Below are positions 55,633 to 64,000 of a stretch of 64,000 nucleotides of DNA, in pieces. Position numbers and translations under genes: made by a program. How positions within the stretch are numbered: position 1 is the stretch's first letter; each line of letters opens with the position of its first letter. Under the pieces are notes generated by a model. That model saw only the letters and a list, made by a program, of their open reading frames with translations, had not been told where the DNA came from and made no database searches. Origin of the DNA: an uncultured Clostridiaceae bacterium (GTDB lineage Bacteria; Bacillota; Clostridia; Monoglobales; Firm-18); contig CAZNKU010000003.1 in NCBI GenBank assembly GCA_964573775.1, positions 2,997 through 66,996 on the forward strand, read 5' to 3'.

Positions 55633-57583
55633 TTAATTTTGCCTCCAATTCGCTTATTCTGTCACGAAGCTGTGCCGCAAGCTCAAATTTAAGCTCATAA
55701 GCCGCCGCCTGCATCTGACCTTTAAGCCTTTCTATTTCCTTTGCAATATCCTCTGTTGCAATATATTCTTCAATACTTTCTGTTTCAACCGCTTTTGTAA
55801 TTTCGATATTTTCATGTATCTTTTTAATAATGGTCTGTGGTACAATACCGTTTTCTTCATTATACCTCTGCTGTTTTTCACGTCTGCGGTTTGTTTCGTC
55901 AATGGCACGTCGCATACTGCCCGTTACCGTATCCGCATACATTATAACACGTCCGTTTGCATTACGTGCCGCACGGCCGATAGTCTGTATAAGTGATGTT
56001 TCGGAACGTAAAAAGCCTTCCTTGTCCGCATCAAGTATTGCCACCAATGAAACCTCGGGAATATCCAGACCCTCACGCAAAAGGTTAATACCTACAAGCA
56101 CATCAAATTCATTGGACCGAAGTGCATTTATTATCTCCGTTCTCTCAAGTGTATCAATGTCGGAATGCAAGTATCTGACCCTTACACCCATATTTTCAAA
56201 ATATGTTGTTAAATCCTCCGCCATTTTCTTTGTAAGTGTGGTTACAAGCACCTTTTCACCCTTAGCAGTTGTGGCATTAATTTCACTGTACAAATCGTCC
56301 ACCTGACCGCTTACGGGGCGTATATCCACCATAGGGTCTAAAAGTCCCGTTGGACGTATAACCTGCTCTGCTATCTGTGTGGAAAGTCCTTTTTCATAAT
56401 CACCGGGTGTAGCACTTACAAAAACTGCCTGATTTATTCTCTGTTCAAATTCCTCAAAGTTAAGAGGTCTGTTGTCATAAGCCGATGGCAGACGGAATCC
56501 GTTTTCCACCAGTGAAGTCTTACGTGCTCTGTCACCGTTGTACATACCCCTTACCTGTGGCAAAGTAACGTGTGATTCATCCACCACAAGCAAAAAGTCG
56601 TCAGGAAAATAGTCCATAAGTGTATATGGAGCTGAGCCAGGTGCTCTTCCGCTTATTACCCTTGAATAGTTTTCAATACCCTGACAAAAGCCAATTTCTT
56701 CAAGCATTTCTATATCGTAGCTTGTACGCTGTTTAATTCGTTGTGCTTCAAGCAATTTATTTTCCGCCTTGAAGTTTGCTTCGCACTCTTCCATTTCACG
56801 TCGAATTTCTTCAATCGCCCTTTTCATTTTACTGTCTGTTGTAACGTAGTGGGAATTAGGATAAATTGCCGCATGGCTCATAACACCAATTACTTCACCT
56901 GTAAGCACATTTATTTCCGTAATGCGTTCAATTTCATCACCGAAAAATTCTACACGTATTGCATTGTCAGACTGTGATGCAGGAAAAATTTCCAACACGT
57001 CACCACGTACACGGAACTTGCCTCGTACAAAGTTTATGTCATTTCTTTCGTACTGTATTTCAATAAGCTTTTCTATAACCTCGTCACGGTCCTTTATCAT
57101 ACCGGGGCGCAGTGAAACCACCAAGTCCGTATAATCCTCAGGGTCACCAAGACCGTAAATACAGCTTACACTGGCAACTATTATAACATCACGGCGTTCA
57201 AAAAGCGCCATAGTTGCGGAATGGCGTAATTTATCTATTTCGTCATTAATTGCCGCATCTTTTTCTATAAAAGTATCAGTAGATGCAATATATGCCTCGG
57301 GCTGATAGTAGTCATAATATGAAACAAAAAACTCCACACAGTTATTGGGGAAAAATTCTTTAAATTCACCGTAAAGCTGTGCAGCAAGAGTTTTATTATG
57401 TGCAAGTATAAGTGTTGGCTTTTGCACCTTTTCAATGAGGTTTGCAACTGTAAAAGTCTTGCCCGAACCTGTTACACCCAAAAGAGTCTGGTATCTTTCG
57501 CCACGGTTTACACCATCTGCAAGCATATCAATAGCCTCAGGCTGGTCACCCATTGGTTTGTAGTCCGAATGAATCTTAAACAT
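55619..57583 (-). CDS. uvrB: Excinuclease ABC subunit B
   Basis: [10 protein letters not shown] helicase motif I, DESH box, and a C-terminal UVR domain. The ATG at 57583 follows an AAGAGGTG RBS. Confidence 0.97.
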   Translation of the reverse strand: MFKIHSDYKPMGDQPEAIDMLADGVNRGERYQTLLGVTGSGKTFTVANLIEKVQKPTLILAHNKTLAAQLYGEFKEFFPNNCVEFFVSYYDYYQPEAYIASTDTFIEKDAAINDEIDKLRHSATMALFERRDVIIVASVSCIYGLGDPEDYTDLVVSLRPGMIKDRDEVIEKLIEIQYERNDINFVRGKFRVRGDVLEIFPASQSDNAIRVEFFGDEIERITEINVLTGEVIGVMSHAAIYPNSHYVTTDSKMKRAIEEIRREMEECEANFKAENKLLEAQRIKQRTSYDIEMLEEIGFCQGIENYSRVISGRAPGSAPYTLMDYFPDDFLLVVDESHVTLPQVRGMYNGDRARKTSLVENGFRLPSAYDNRPLNFEEFEQRINQAVFVSATPGDYEKGLSTQIAEQVIRPTGLLDPMVDIRPVSGQVDDLYSEINATTAKGEKVLVTTLTKKMAEDLTTYFENMGVRVRYLHSDIDTLERTEIINALRSNEFDVLVGINLLREGLDIPEVSLVAILDADKEGFLRSETSLIQTIGRAARNANGRVIMYADTVTGSMRRAIDETNRRREKQQRYNEENGIVPQTIIKKIHENIEITKAVETESIEEYIATEDIAKEIERLKGQMQAAAYELKFELAAQLRDRISELEAKLSGNK

Positions 57584-57812
57584 ATTGCACCTCTTTTCAT
57601 TTAAAAATATATAGACAAAATATCGTATTTGTGTTAAAATACACATATAATTATTATACTTTTTTTGAATATAAATGTCAACAAATTAATACCTCTTTAC
57701 ATAATATGTAATGGTATATGAAAATGCAGAATTTAAATCAAAAGCAAGCATAGCTTGCTATCCATAATTCTTCATTCTGCATTCTTAATTCTTCATTAAC
57801 ATATACGGAGGT

Positions 57813-58562
57813 ATGCTGATGCACATAGTATGGATTACAGCTTTAGGAGTAGGCGGTGCAACCATTGCAGGTTCACTGTTGGGTTTTATATTTAAAAACA
57901 TTTCAAAAAATTTCAGTAATGTTATTTTATCCTTTGCGGCAGGAGTTATGCTTTCAGCATCGGTTATAGGTCTGGTATTGCCATCTTTACAATATGGTGG
58001 CACATTTGCACTTCCTGTTACCGTTGCAGGTATTTTTACAGGTGCTCTTTGTGTAAATATGCTTGACAAATTGGTGCCAAAACTCAATAAGCTTGCAGGC
58101 GTAGACGATAAAAATTCAGCGCAGCTTAACAGTGTTTTGCTTTTTGTGCTTGCAATAGCAATTCACAATTTACCTGAAGGCATTGCGGCAGGTGTAGGCT
58201 TTGGTACAGGCAACATAAAAGATGCTCTTACGGTGGCAGGCGGTATAGCATTACAAAATTTACCCGAAGGTATGATTATTATAGCACCTATGCTTTCCGC
58301 AGGAATATCCGCAAAAAAAACTTTACTCTGTGCTGTGGGAACAGGTGTTATTGAAATAATCGGTACATTAATCGGCTATTACGCTGTAACACTTTCAGGC
58401 GTGATATTGCCCTTTGCCCTTGCACTTGCAGGTGGCACAATGCTTTACGTAATAAGTGACGAAATTATACCTGCAACCCACACGGACGGTTGCGAACGAA
58501 GTGCAACCTTTGCTCTTTTCTTAGGCTTTTGCGTAATGCTTGCTACAAGTTATTATATTTAA
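57813..58562 (+). CDS. zupT: ZIP-family divalent metal (zinc) transporter
   Basis: Two HNLPEG / QNLPEG motifs and 8 TM helices. Confidence 0.8.
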   Translation: MLMHIVWITALGVGGATIAGSLLGFIFKNISKNFSNVILSFAAGVMLSASVIGLVLPSLQYGGTFALPVTVAGIFTGALCVNMLDKLVPKLNKLAGVDDKNSAQLNSVLLFVLAIAIHNLPEGIAAGVGFGTGNIKDALTVAGGIALQNLPEGMIIIAPMLSAGISAKKTLLCAVGTGVIEIIGTLIGYYAVTLSGVILPFALALAGGTMLYVISDEIIPATHTDGCERSATFALFLGFCVMLATSYYI

Positions 58563-58586
58563 TTAACATAAAAGGAGGACAACAAA

Positions 58587-59123
58587 ATGTCAAAGTACGC
58601 AGGAACTCAAACAGAAAAAAATCTACAGGAAGCTTTTGCAGGCGAATCTCAGGCAAGAAACAAGTATACTTACTTTGCTTCAGTAGCTAAAAAAGAAGGC
58701 TACGAACAGATGTCTGAAATTTTCTTAAAAACTGCTGAAAACGAAAAAGAACACGCTAAAATGTGGTTTAAGGAACTTGGTGGCATAGGTAATACTGCTG
58801 AAAATCTTGCAGAGGCTGCAGCAGGAGAAAACTATGAATGGACAGATATGTACGCAGGCTTTGCTGAAACTGCCGAAAAGGAAGGTTTTACGGAGCTTGC
58901 TGCAAAATTCCGTCTTGTAGCTGCTATTGAAAAATCACACGAAGAAAGATACCGTGCATTACTTAACAACATAGAACTTGCTGAAGTATTCGCAAAAAGC
59001 GAAGTTCAGATATGGGAATGCCGCAACTGCGGACACATTGTAGTTGGCACAAATGCTCCTGAAGTTTGCCCTACATGCAACCACCCACAAAGTTATTTTG
59101 AACTAAGAAAAGAAAACTACTAA
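58587..59123 (+). CDS. rbr: Rubrerythrin
   Basis: Di-iron ExxH motifs (EKEH, EERY region) and a C-terminal rubredoxin-like CRNCG...CPTC. Confidence 0.9.
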   Translation: MSKYAGTQTEKNLQEAFAGESQARNKYTYFASVAKKEGYEQMSEIFLKTAENEKEHAKMWFKELGGIGNTAENLAEAAAGENYEWTDMYAGFAETAEKEGFTELAAKFRLVAAIEKSHEERYRALLNNIELAEVFAKSEVQIWECRNCGHIVVGTNAPEVCPTCNHPQSYFELRKENY

Positions 59124-59173
59124 GGCTTGAAAAAATGCACAGACTGAAATCATACAAGAAGCAATTATAAACT

Positions 59174-59206
59174 AAAGGACTGTAACTTAAACGGTTACAG
59201 TCCTTT
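59174..59206. terminator. Bidirectional terminator hairpin between rbr and sfsA
   Basis: AAAGGACTGTAAC-ttaaacg-GTTACAGTCCTTT. Confidence 0.6.
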
Positions 59207-59885
59207 ATAATTTTACATCTACAAATGTATTTATCTCTAAACTATCCTCTTTAACCTTACAATTTACACACAAAATTTTTACACCCTTGTCTTTTGCCTC
59301 CGAAAGTGCATCTGCAAACTGCGGATGAGTACGTCTATTTGTTGTAAAGTATTTTACCTTGTCGGTTTGAATTACAAAGCAAACATAGGCTTCATATCCA
59401 TCATCAATACATTTGCAAAGTTCATTTATATGTTTTACCCCTCGTTCCGTAGGTGCATCAGGAAACATCAGCACACCGTTTTCTTCTAAAGTAACGCCCT
59501 TTACTTCAACAAAAATGCGACGGTTTTGTGCCTCTATATAAAAGTCAAAACGTGAATCTCCATATTTGCATTCAGGCTTTATTAAATCTGTTTTGCCAAA
59601 ATAACCGCTTTTTAAAACCCATTCGTAAAAAACCTTATTTGGCGCCTGACTGTCTATATTGTAAAGTTCTTTCCCTTTACAAACTCCAATTAAATCAAAC
59701 TTAGTCTTTCGGCTTGTATTTTCAAACTCCTGAACAAAAACGGTTACTCCCTCTGTCAAAAGTTCCCTGCATCTGCCTGTATTTTTGACGTGTACTACTT
59801 CCACTTTGCCATCTATTTCCACATTGGCAATAAAACGGTTAGGACGGTCAATAAATATTCCCTTTTTTACATTTTCGTATTTCAC
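59205..59885 (-). CDS. sfsA: Sugar fermentation stimulation protein SfsA (nuclease-fold DNA-binding protein)
   Basis: The 226-aa pattern RPNRF.A.V..DG....VHV.NTGR..ELL..G is typical of SfsA. Confidence 0.8.
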   Translation of the reverse strand: MKYENVKKGIFIDRPNRFIANVEIDGKVEVVHVKNTGRCRELLTEGVTVFVQEFENTSRKTKFDLIGVCKGKELYNIDSQAPNKVFYEWVLKSGYFGKTDLIKPECKYGDSRFDFYIEAQNRRIFVEVKGVTLEENGVLMFPDAPTERGVKHINELCKCIDDGYEAYVCFVIQTDKVKYFTTNRRTHPQFADALSEAKDKGVKILCVNCKVKEDSLEINTFVDVKL

Positions 59886-60541
59886 TTTAACACCTCAAAC
59901 AAATTCCACGGTTTTTCATCAGGCGGATTTTTGGAAAAGCTTTTGCCGTCTGTTTCTATTTTGTGGGAAAACAAAGCTATTGGACAATTTATTTTACTGC
60001 CGTATTTTCCGTCACCCAAAAGCGGATGCTTACGACTTGCAAACTGTACACGTATCTGGTGACTTCTTCCTGTTTTTAATGTAACCGAAACAAGTGAGCA
60101 TTCCTTGCCGTTAAATTCACCTCTTTTTAAAACTTTATACGTAAGGCACGCTTTTTTCACACCCTTACGTTCCTTTTTAACAACAAAGCTTTTATTTTTA
60201 CGGGAATCCTTAAACAGCGAATCCTCCATTACACCTTCAGCTTCTTCAAAAACGCCCTCACATACTGTAAGATATGTTTTTTCAAAGTCAGAATTTTCTG
60301 CAATTTTTTTGCTGAATTTTGCCGCTGCCGATTTATTTTTGGCGTACACCATAACACCGCCCACAGGTGTATCAAGACGGTGCAGAGTATATATTTCACT
60401 TTTCAGTTGTTCTGCAAGTGCTTTTGGTAAATCCTCCTCAGAAGATATACCCACAGGCTTTACACAGAATACAATATCTTTATCTTCACATAATATTTCT
60501 ATCATAACATACCTCAATGTATTTTTGTAATATTGTACCAC
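59882..60541 (-). CDS. RluA-family pseudouridine synthase
   Basis: HRLDTPVGGVMV catalytic Asp motif and the RSHQIR motif. Confidence 0.8.
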   Translation of the reverse strand: MVQYYKNTLRYVMIEILCEDKDIVFCVKPVGISSEEDLPKALAEQLKSEIYTLHRLDTPVGGVMVYAKNKSAAAKFSKKIAENSDFEKTYLTVCEGVFEEAEGVMEDSLFKDSRKNKSFVVKKERKGVKKACLTYKVLKRGEFNGKECSLVSVTLKTGRSHQIRVQFASRKHPLLGDGKYGSKINCPIALFSHKIETDGKSFSKNPPDEKPWNLFEVLK

Positions 60542-60654
60542 AAAATATGTTATAATGCAATTCGTATCTTGACAAATTAAACAATAAATAGTATATTTTA
60601 TTTAGGTAAATTGTCACAATTTATCAAATAAAGTACGAAATGAGGATTAATGTT

Positions 60655-62019
60655 ATGAAACTTGTTTACGGGGTTAATGACAAACCCAAATTCGCACAAC
60701 TTATTATTCTGGCGTTCCAGCAGTTACTATCCATCATAACAGCAACATTGGTTGTTCCTGTTATAATTAACGGAACTTGCGGAACAAATATGTCTTCTGC
60801 TGCAGCACTTGTAGGCGCAGGTGTAGGTACACTTTGCTACATTTTATTTACACAGAAGAAATGTCCTGTATTTTTAGGTTCATCATTTGCTTTTATAGGC
60901 TCTATGACTGCCGCGTTTGCAGGCGGTGTATCAATGGCACTTGGATTTTTAGGTCTAATAATCGGTGCTGTATTTGCAGGTCTTGTTTATGTAGTTATCG
61001 CTATTATTGTTAAATTTGCAGGTGTTAATTGGCTTAATAAGATTATGCCTGTTGCAGTTATAGGTCCAACAGTTACAATTATCGGTCTTTCACTTGCAGG
61101 AAATGCAGTGGGTGACATTTCAAAGGGCAGTATCCCTGACGTAGCTGCTTCACCGTTAGCAACAGTTTTCTGCGGTCTTGTTACACTTATTATAGTTGTA
61201 TTTTGTGCCACATACGGCAAGAAAACTGCAAAACTTATTCCATTTATTATCGGTATTTTAGGCGGTTACGCTGTTTGTGGTATATTCACAATTATTGGTT
61301 ATACAGCTAACATTGATGCTATTAAAATTCTTAATGTTCAGCCATTTATTGACTTGGTTGCAAACGGTGTTAACTTAAACACATTCCTTTCGGTTCCCGA
61401 ATTTACATTTGTAACAGCGTTTAAAGGTATTGGTGAACTTAACGGAGCATACATTGCTACAATTGCAGTTGCTTACATTCCTGTTGCATTTGTTGTATTT
61501 GCTGAACATATTGCAGACCACAAAAACATTTCTACAATTATTGAAGAAGATCTTCTGGAAAATCCCGGTCTTCACAGAACACTTTTGGGTGACGGTATAG
61601 GCTCAATGCTTGGTGCATTCTTCGGTGGATGCCCTAACACAACATATGGTGAATCTGTTGGTTGCGTAGCTATTACTCGTAATGCTTCAGTTGTTACAAT
61701 TATAACAGCTGCAATTTTAGCCATATTAATTGCATTTGTTTCACCATTTATTGCATTTGTTAATTCTATTCCATCATGTGTAATGGGCGGTGTATGTATG
61801 GCACTTTACGGATTTATTGCAGTTTCAGGTCTTAAGATGGTTCAGCAGGTTAACCTTAACCTTAACAAAAACTTGTTTGTTGTTTCCACAATACTTATTT
61901 CAGGTATAGGCGGACTAACACTTAACTTTGGTAAAGTAACAATCACATCAATCGCATGTGCACTTATTTTGGGTATTATAGTAAACTTAGTTGTATCAAA
62001 GGCACCCGATCAGGAATAG
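60655..62019 (+). CDS. uraA: NCS2-family uracil/xanthine permease
   Basis: Multi-TM protein with an NCS2 signature region (..EHIADH..). It lies immediately upstream of upp. The ATG at 60655 is preferred over 60640. Confidence 0.75.
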   Translation: MKLVYGVNDKPKFAQLIILAFQQLLSIITATLVVPVIINGTCGTNMSSAAALVGAGVGTLCYILFTQKKCPVFLGSSFAFIGSMTAAFAGGVSMALGFLGLIIGAVFAGLVYVVIAIIVKFAGVNWLNKIMPVAVIGPTVTIIGLSLAGNAVGDISKGSIPDVAASPLATVFCGLVTLIIVVFCATYGKKTAKLIPFIIGILGGYAVCGIFTIIGYTANIDAIKILNVQPFIDLVANGVNLNTFLSVPEFTFVTAFKGIGELNGAYIATIAVAYIPVAFVVFAEHIADHKNISTIIEEDLLENPGLHRTLLGDGIGSMLGAFFGGCPNTTYGESVGCVAITRNASVVTIITAAILAILIAFVSPFIAFVNSIPSCVMGGVCMALYGFIAVSGLKMVQQVNLNLNKNLFVVSTILISGIGGLTLNFGKVTITSIACALILGIIVNLVVSKAPDQE

Positions 62020-62030
62020 GAGAAAAAACC

Positions 62031-62660
62031 ATGAAAAACGTTACAGTATTTGACCACCCGTTAATTCAGCACAAAACTACAATTCTTCGACAGAAAACCA
62101 CTTCAAATAAAGAGTTTCGTGAATCTGTTGAAGAAATAACAATGCTTATGTGCTACGAAGCTTTAAGAGATTTACCACTTGAAGACATAGAAATAGAAAC
62201 GCCAATTAAAAAGACTGTACAAAAAATAATAAAGGGCAAGGATATTGCAATTGTCCCGATTCTTCGTGCAGGTCTTGGTATGGTAAACGGAATGCTTAAC
62301 CTTGTTCCCACTGCAAAAGTAGGTCATATAGGTATGTACAGAGATGAGGAAACAATGTTGCCTCAGCCATATTACTGCAAGCTTCCTGCTGACATAGACA
62401 AAAGACTGGTAGTTGTTGTAGACCCTATGCTTGCAACAGGAGGCTCGGCAATTGATGCTATTGCACAAATAAAATCCCACGGTGCAACAAACATTAAGTT
62501 CCTTTGCTTGATTGCCGCACCGGAAGGTATTGAGGCACTTACAAAGGCTCATCCGGATGTTCAGATATACTGTGCAAACGTAGATGAAGGACTTAACGAA
62601 AACTGCTACATTGTTCCCGGCTTGGGGGATGCAGGAGACAGAATTTTCGGCACAAAATAA
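62031..62660 (+). CDS. upp: Uracil phosphoribosyltransferase
   Basis: HPLIQHK start, the PRPP-binding loop [11 protein letters not shown], and a C-terminal GLGDAGDR. Confidence 0.95.
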   Translation: MKNVTVFDHPLIQHKTTILRQKTTSNKEFRESVEEITMLMCYEALRDLPLEDIEIETPIKKTVQKIIKGKDIAIVPILRAGLGMVNGMLNLVPTAKVGHIGMYRDEETMLPQPYYCKLPADIDKRLVVVVDPMLATGGSAIDAIAQIKSHGATNIKFLCLIAAPEGIEALTKAHPDVQIYCANVDEGLNENCYIVPGLGDAGDRIFGTK

Positions 62661-62668
62661 ATTTCATA

Positions 62669-62702
62669 AAGGCGGTGTAAAAAATTTACACCGCCTTTTT
62701 AT
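62669..62702 (+). terminator. Rho-independent terminator of upp
   Basis: AGGCGGTGTAAA..TTTACACCGCCT followed by TTTTT. Confidence 0.75.
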
Positions 62703-62748
62703 TTGACTAAAAATAAGTGTTTTGGTATAATAAAGTGAGGTGAAATTT

Positions 62749-63675
62749 ATGAAAATCTACACATCCGTTGACCAGCTTATTGGCAAAACACCAATTTTAG
62801 AGCTTACAAATATTGAGGAAAAACTTAATCTTAAAGCAAAAATTTATGCAAAGCTTGAATATTTTAACCCTGCAGGCTCGGTAAAGGACAGAGTTGCAAA
62901 GGCTATGATTGACGATGCCGAGGCAAGTGGAAAACTTAACAAGGATTCTGTAATTATAGAACCTACAAGCGGTAATACAGGCATAGGACTTGCGTCCGTG
63001 GGTGCATCAAGAGGTTACAGAGTAATTATAGTAATGCCCGATACAATGTCAAAAGAGCGCAGAATGTTAATGACTGCATATGGTGCAGAGCTTGTGCTTA
63101 CAGACGGCAAAAAGGGTATGAGCGGTGCAATTGAAAAAACCGAGGAGCTTGCAAAGGAAATTCCAAACAGCTTTGTTGCAGGTCAGTTTGTAAACCCTGC
63201 AAATGCAAAGGCACATTTTGACACAACAGGTCCGGAAATATGGGAAGATACTGACGGCAATGTGGATATATTTGTGGCAGGAATAGGTACCGGCGGTACA
63301 ATTACAGGAACAGGTGAATTTTTAAAGTCTAAAAAAGCTGACGTTAAAGTTATAGGTATAGAGCCAAAGGATTCTGCCATACTTTCAGGTGGCAGTGCAG
63401 GACCTCACGGTCTTCAGGGTATAGGTGCAGGCTTTGTGCCTGAAGTTCTTAACACAGAGGTTTATGATGAAATAATAACGGTTTCCACAGATGAAGCTTA
63501 TGAAGCTTCAAGACTTCTTGGTAAAACCGAGGGTGTATTGGTTGGTATATCCTCAGGTGCGGCACTGCATGGTGCAATTAAACTTGCTATGTTGCCTGAA
63601 AACGCAGGCAAAAACATTGTTGTCCTTTTACCTGATACAGGTGACAGATATTTGTCAACAGAGCTTTTTTTATAG
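62749..63675 (+). CDS. cysK: Cysteine synthase A (O-acetylserine sulfhydrylase)
   Basis: The PLP Lys lies in NPAGSVKDR, with TSGNTG and GIGTGGT motifs. Confidence 0.9.
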   Translation: MKIYTSVDQLIGKTPILELTNIEEKLNLKAKIYAKLEYFNPAGSVKDRVAKAMIDDAEASGKLNKDSVIIEPTSGNTGIGLASVGASRGYRVIIVMPDTMSKERRMLMTAYGAELVLTDGKKGMSGAIEKTEELAKEIPNSFVAGQFVNPANAKAHFDTTGPEIWEDTDGNVDIFVAGIGTGGTITGTGEFLKSKKADVKVIGIEPKDSAILSGGSAGPHGLQGIGAGFVPEVLNTEVYDEIITVSTDEAYEASRLLGKTEGVLVGISSGAALHGAIKLAMLPENAGKNIVVLLPDTGDRYLSTELFL

Positions 63676-63722
63676 TCTACTGTCAACTTATACGAAATCT
63701 ATATATAAAATGGAGGCTATCA

Positions 63723-64000
63723 TTATATCATAGCCTCCATTTTATATGTATGATCCAAAGGACCGTGACCCTTTCCCAAATCAAGCATTGCACCTATTGC
63801 ACCTGTTAAATATTCTTTTGCATTTTTAACAGCTTCCTCCATAGTTTTACCCTGTGCAAGATTACAGGCAATTGCAGAAGAAAGTGTACAGCCTGTACCG
63901 TGGGTGTTTGGATTATCTATCTTTTTAGTTTCAAACCACTTTATTTTTCCATTGTCAAAAAGTAAGTCCGAAGCATCACACACCATATGCCCGCCCTTTA
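63723..64000 (-). CDS. thiD: Hydroxymethylpyrimidine/phosphomethylpyrimidine kinase, 5' end outside the window
   Basis: The C-terminal segment HGTGCTLSSAIA..LAQG is typical of ThiD. The ORF is open to the window edge. Confidence 0.8.
   Translation of the reverse strand, partial: KGGHMVCDASDLLFDNGKIKWFETKKIDNPNTHGTGCTLSSAIACNLAQGKTMEEAVKNAKEYLTGAIGAMLDLGKGHGPLDHTYKMEAMI

Noticed and set aside
57584-57812. SOS (Cheo/LexA) box upstream of uvrB, or a Zur box upstream of the ZIP transporter
   Set aside because: I found no GAAC-N4-GTTC-type palindrome and no recognisable Zur-like palindrome by eye. Only an unrelated hairpin (TGCAGAAT..ATTCTGCA) is present.

Overview
This 64-kb chromosomal window comes from a low-GC anaerobic Firmicute that looks Clostridia-like (SLH cell-wall protein, rubrerythrin, Hdr/Flx-type redox genes). 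It is densely coding, and most genes are on the minus strand. The core content is a complete histidine operon (YerC/TrpR-like regulator, hisZ-G-D-C-B-H-A-F-IE, PHP histidinol phosphatase), nadE, argS, uvrB-uvrA, uracil permease-upp, cysK, a partial thiD, two alcohol dehydrogenases and ldh. Three things stand out. (1) An accessory island at about 18.2-25.5 kb holds two intact and one truncated REP-associated tyrosine transposase (RAYT) genes among more than 20 GTAGGG-anchored hairpin repeats (REPs). Some REP copies lie inside the RAYT reading frames. The island is interleaved with an orphan peptide-maturation-like gene set: a PqqD/RRE protein, an S24 peptidase, an ABC exporter, an HPr-kinase-like P-loop protein, a 67-aa peptide with a YxxP leader-like motif, and a 451-aa secreted protein. 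(2) An 11-gene minus-strand redox cluster contains ldh, hdrB-C-A, mvhD, three Flx/Asr-like FeS/flavin subunits, an FrdAB-like pair and an AAE-family permease. It suggests a soluble bifurcating-type module tied to a fumarate-reductase-like enzyme. (3) Families of short structured intergenic modules (4.2-4.9 kb, 20.37-20.46 kb, 50.5-51.6 kb) show nested insertion and fully compensated stem changes. All functional calls come from motif-level reading of the translations and the DNA; no database search or folding computation was possible.
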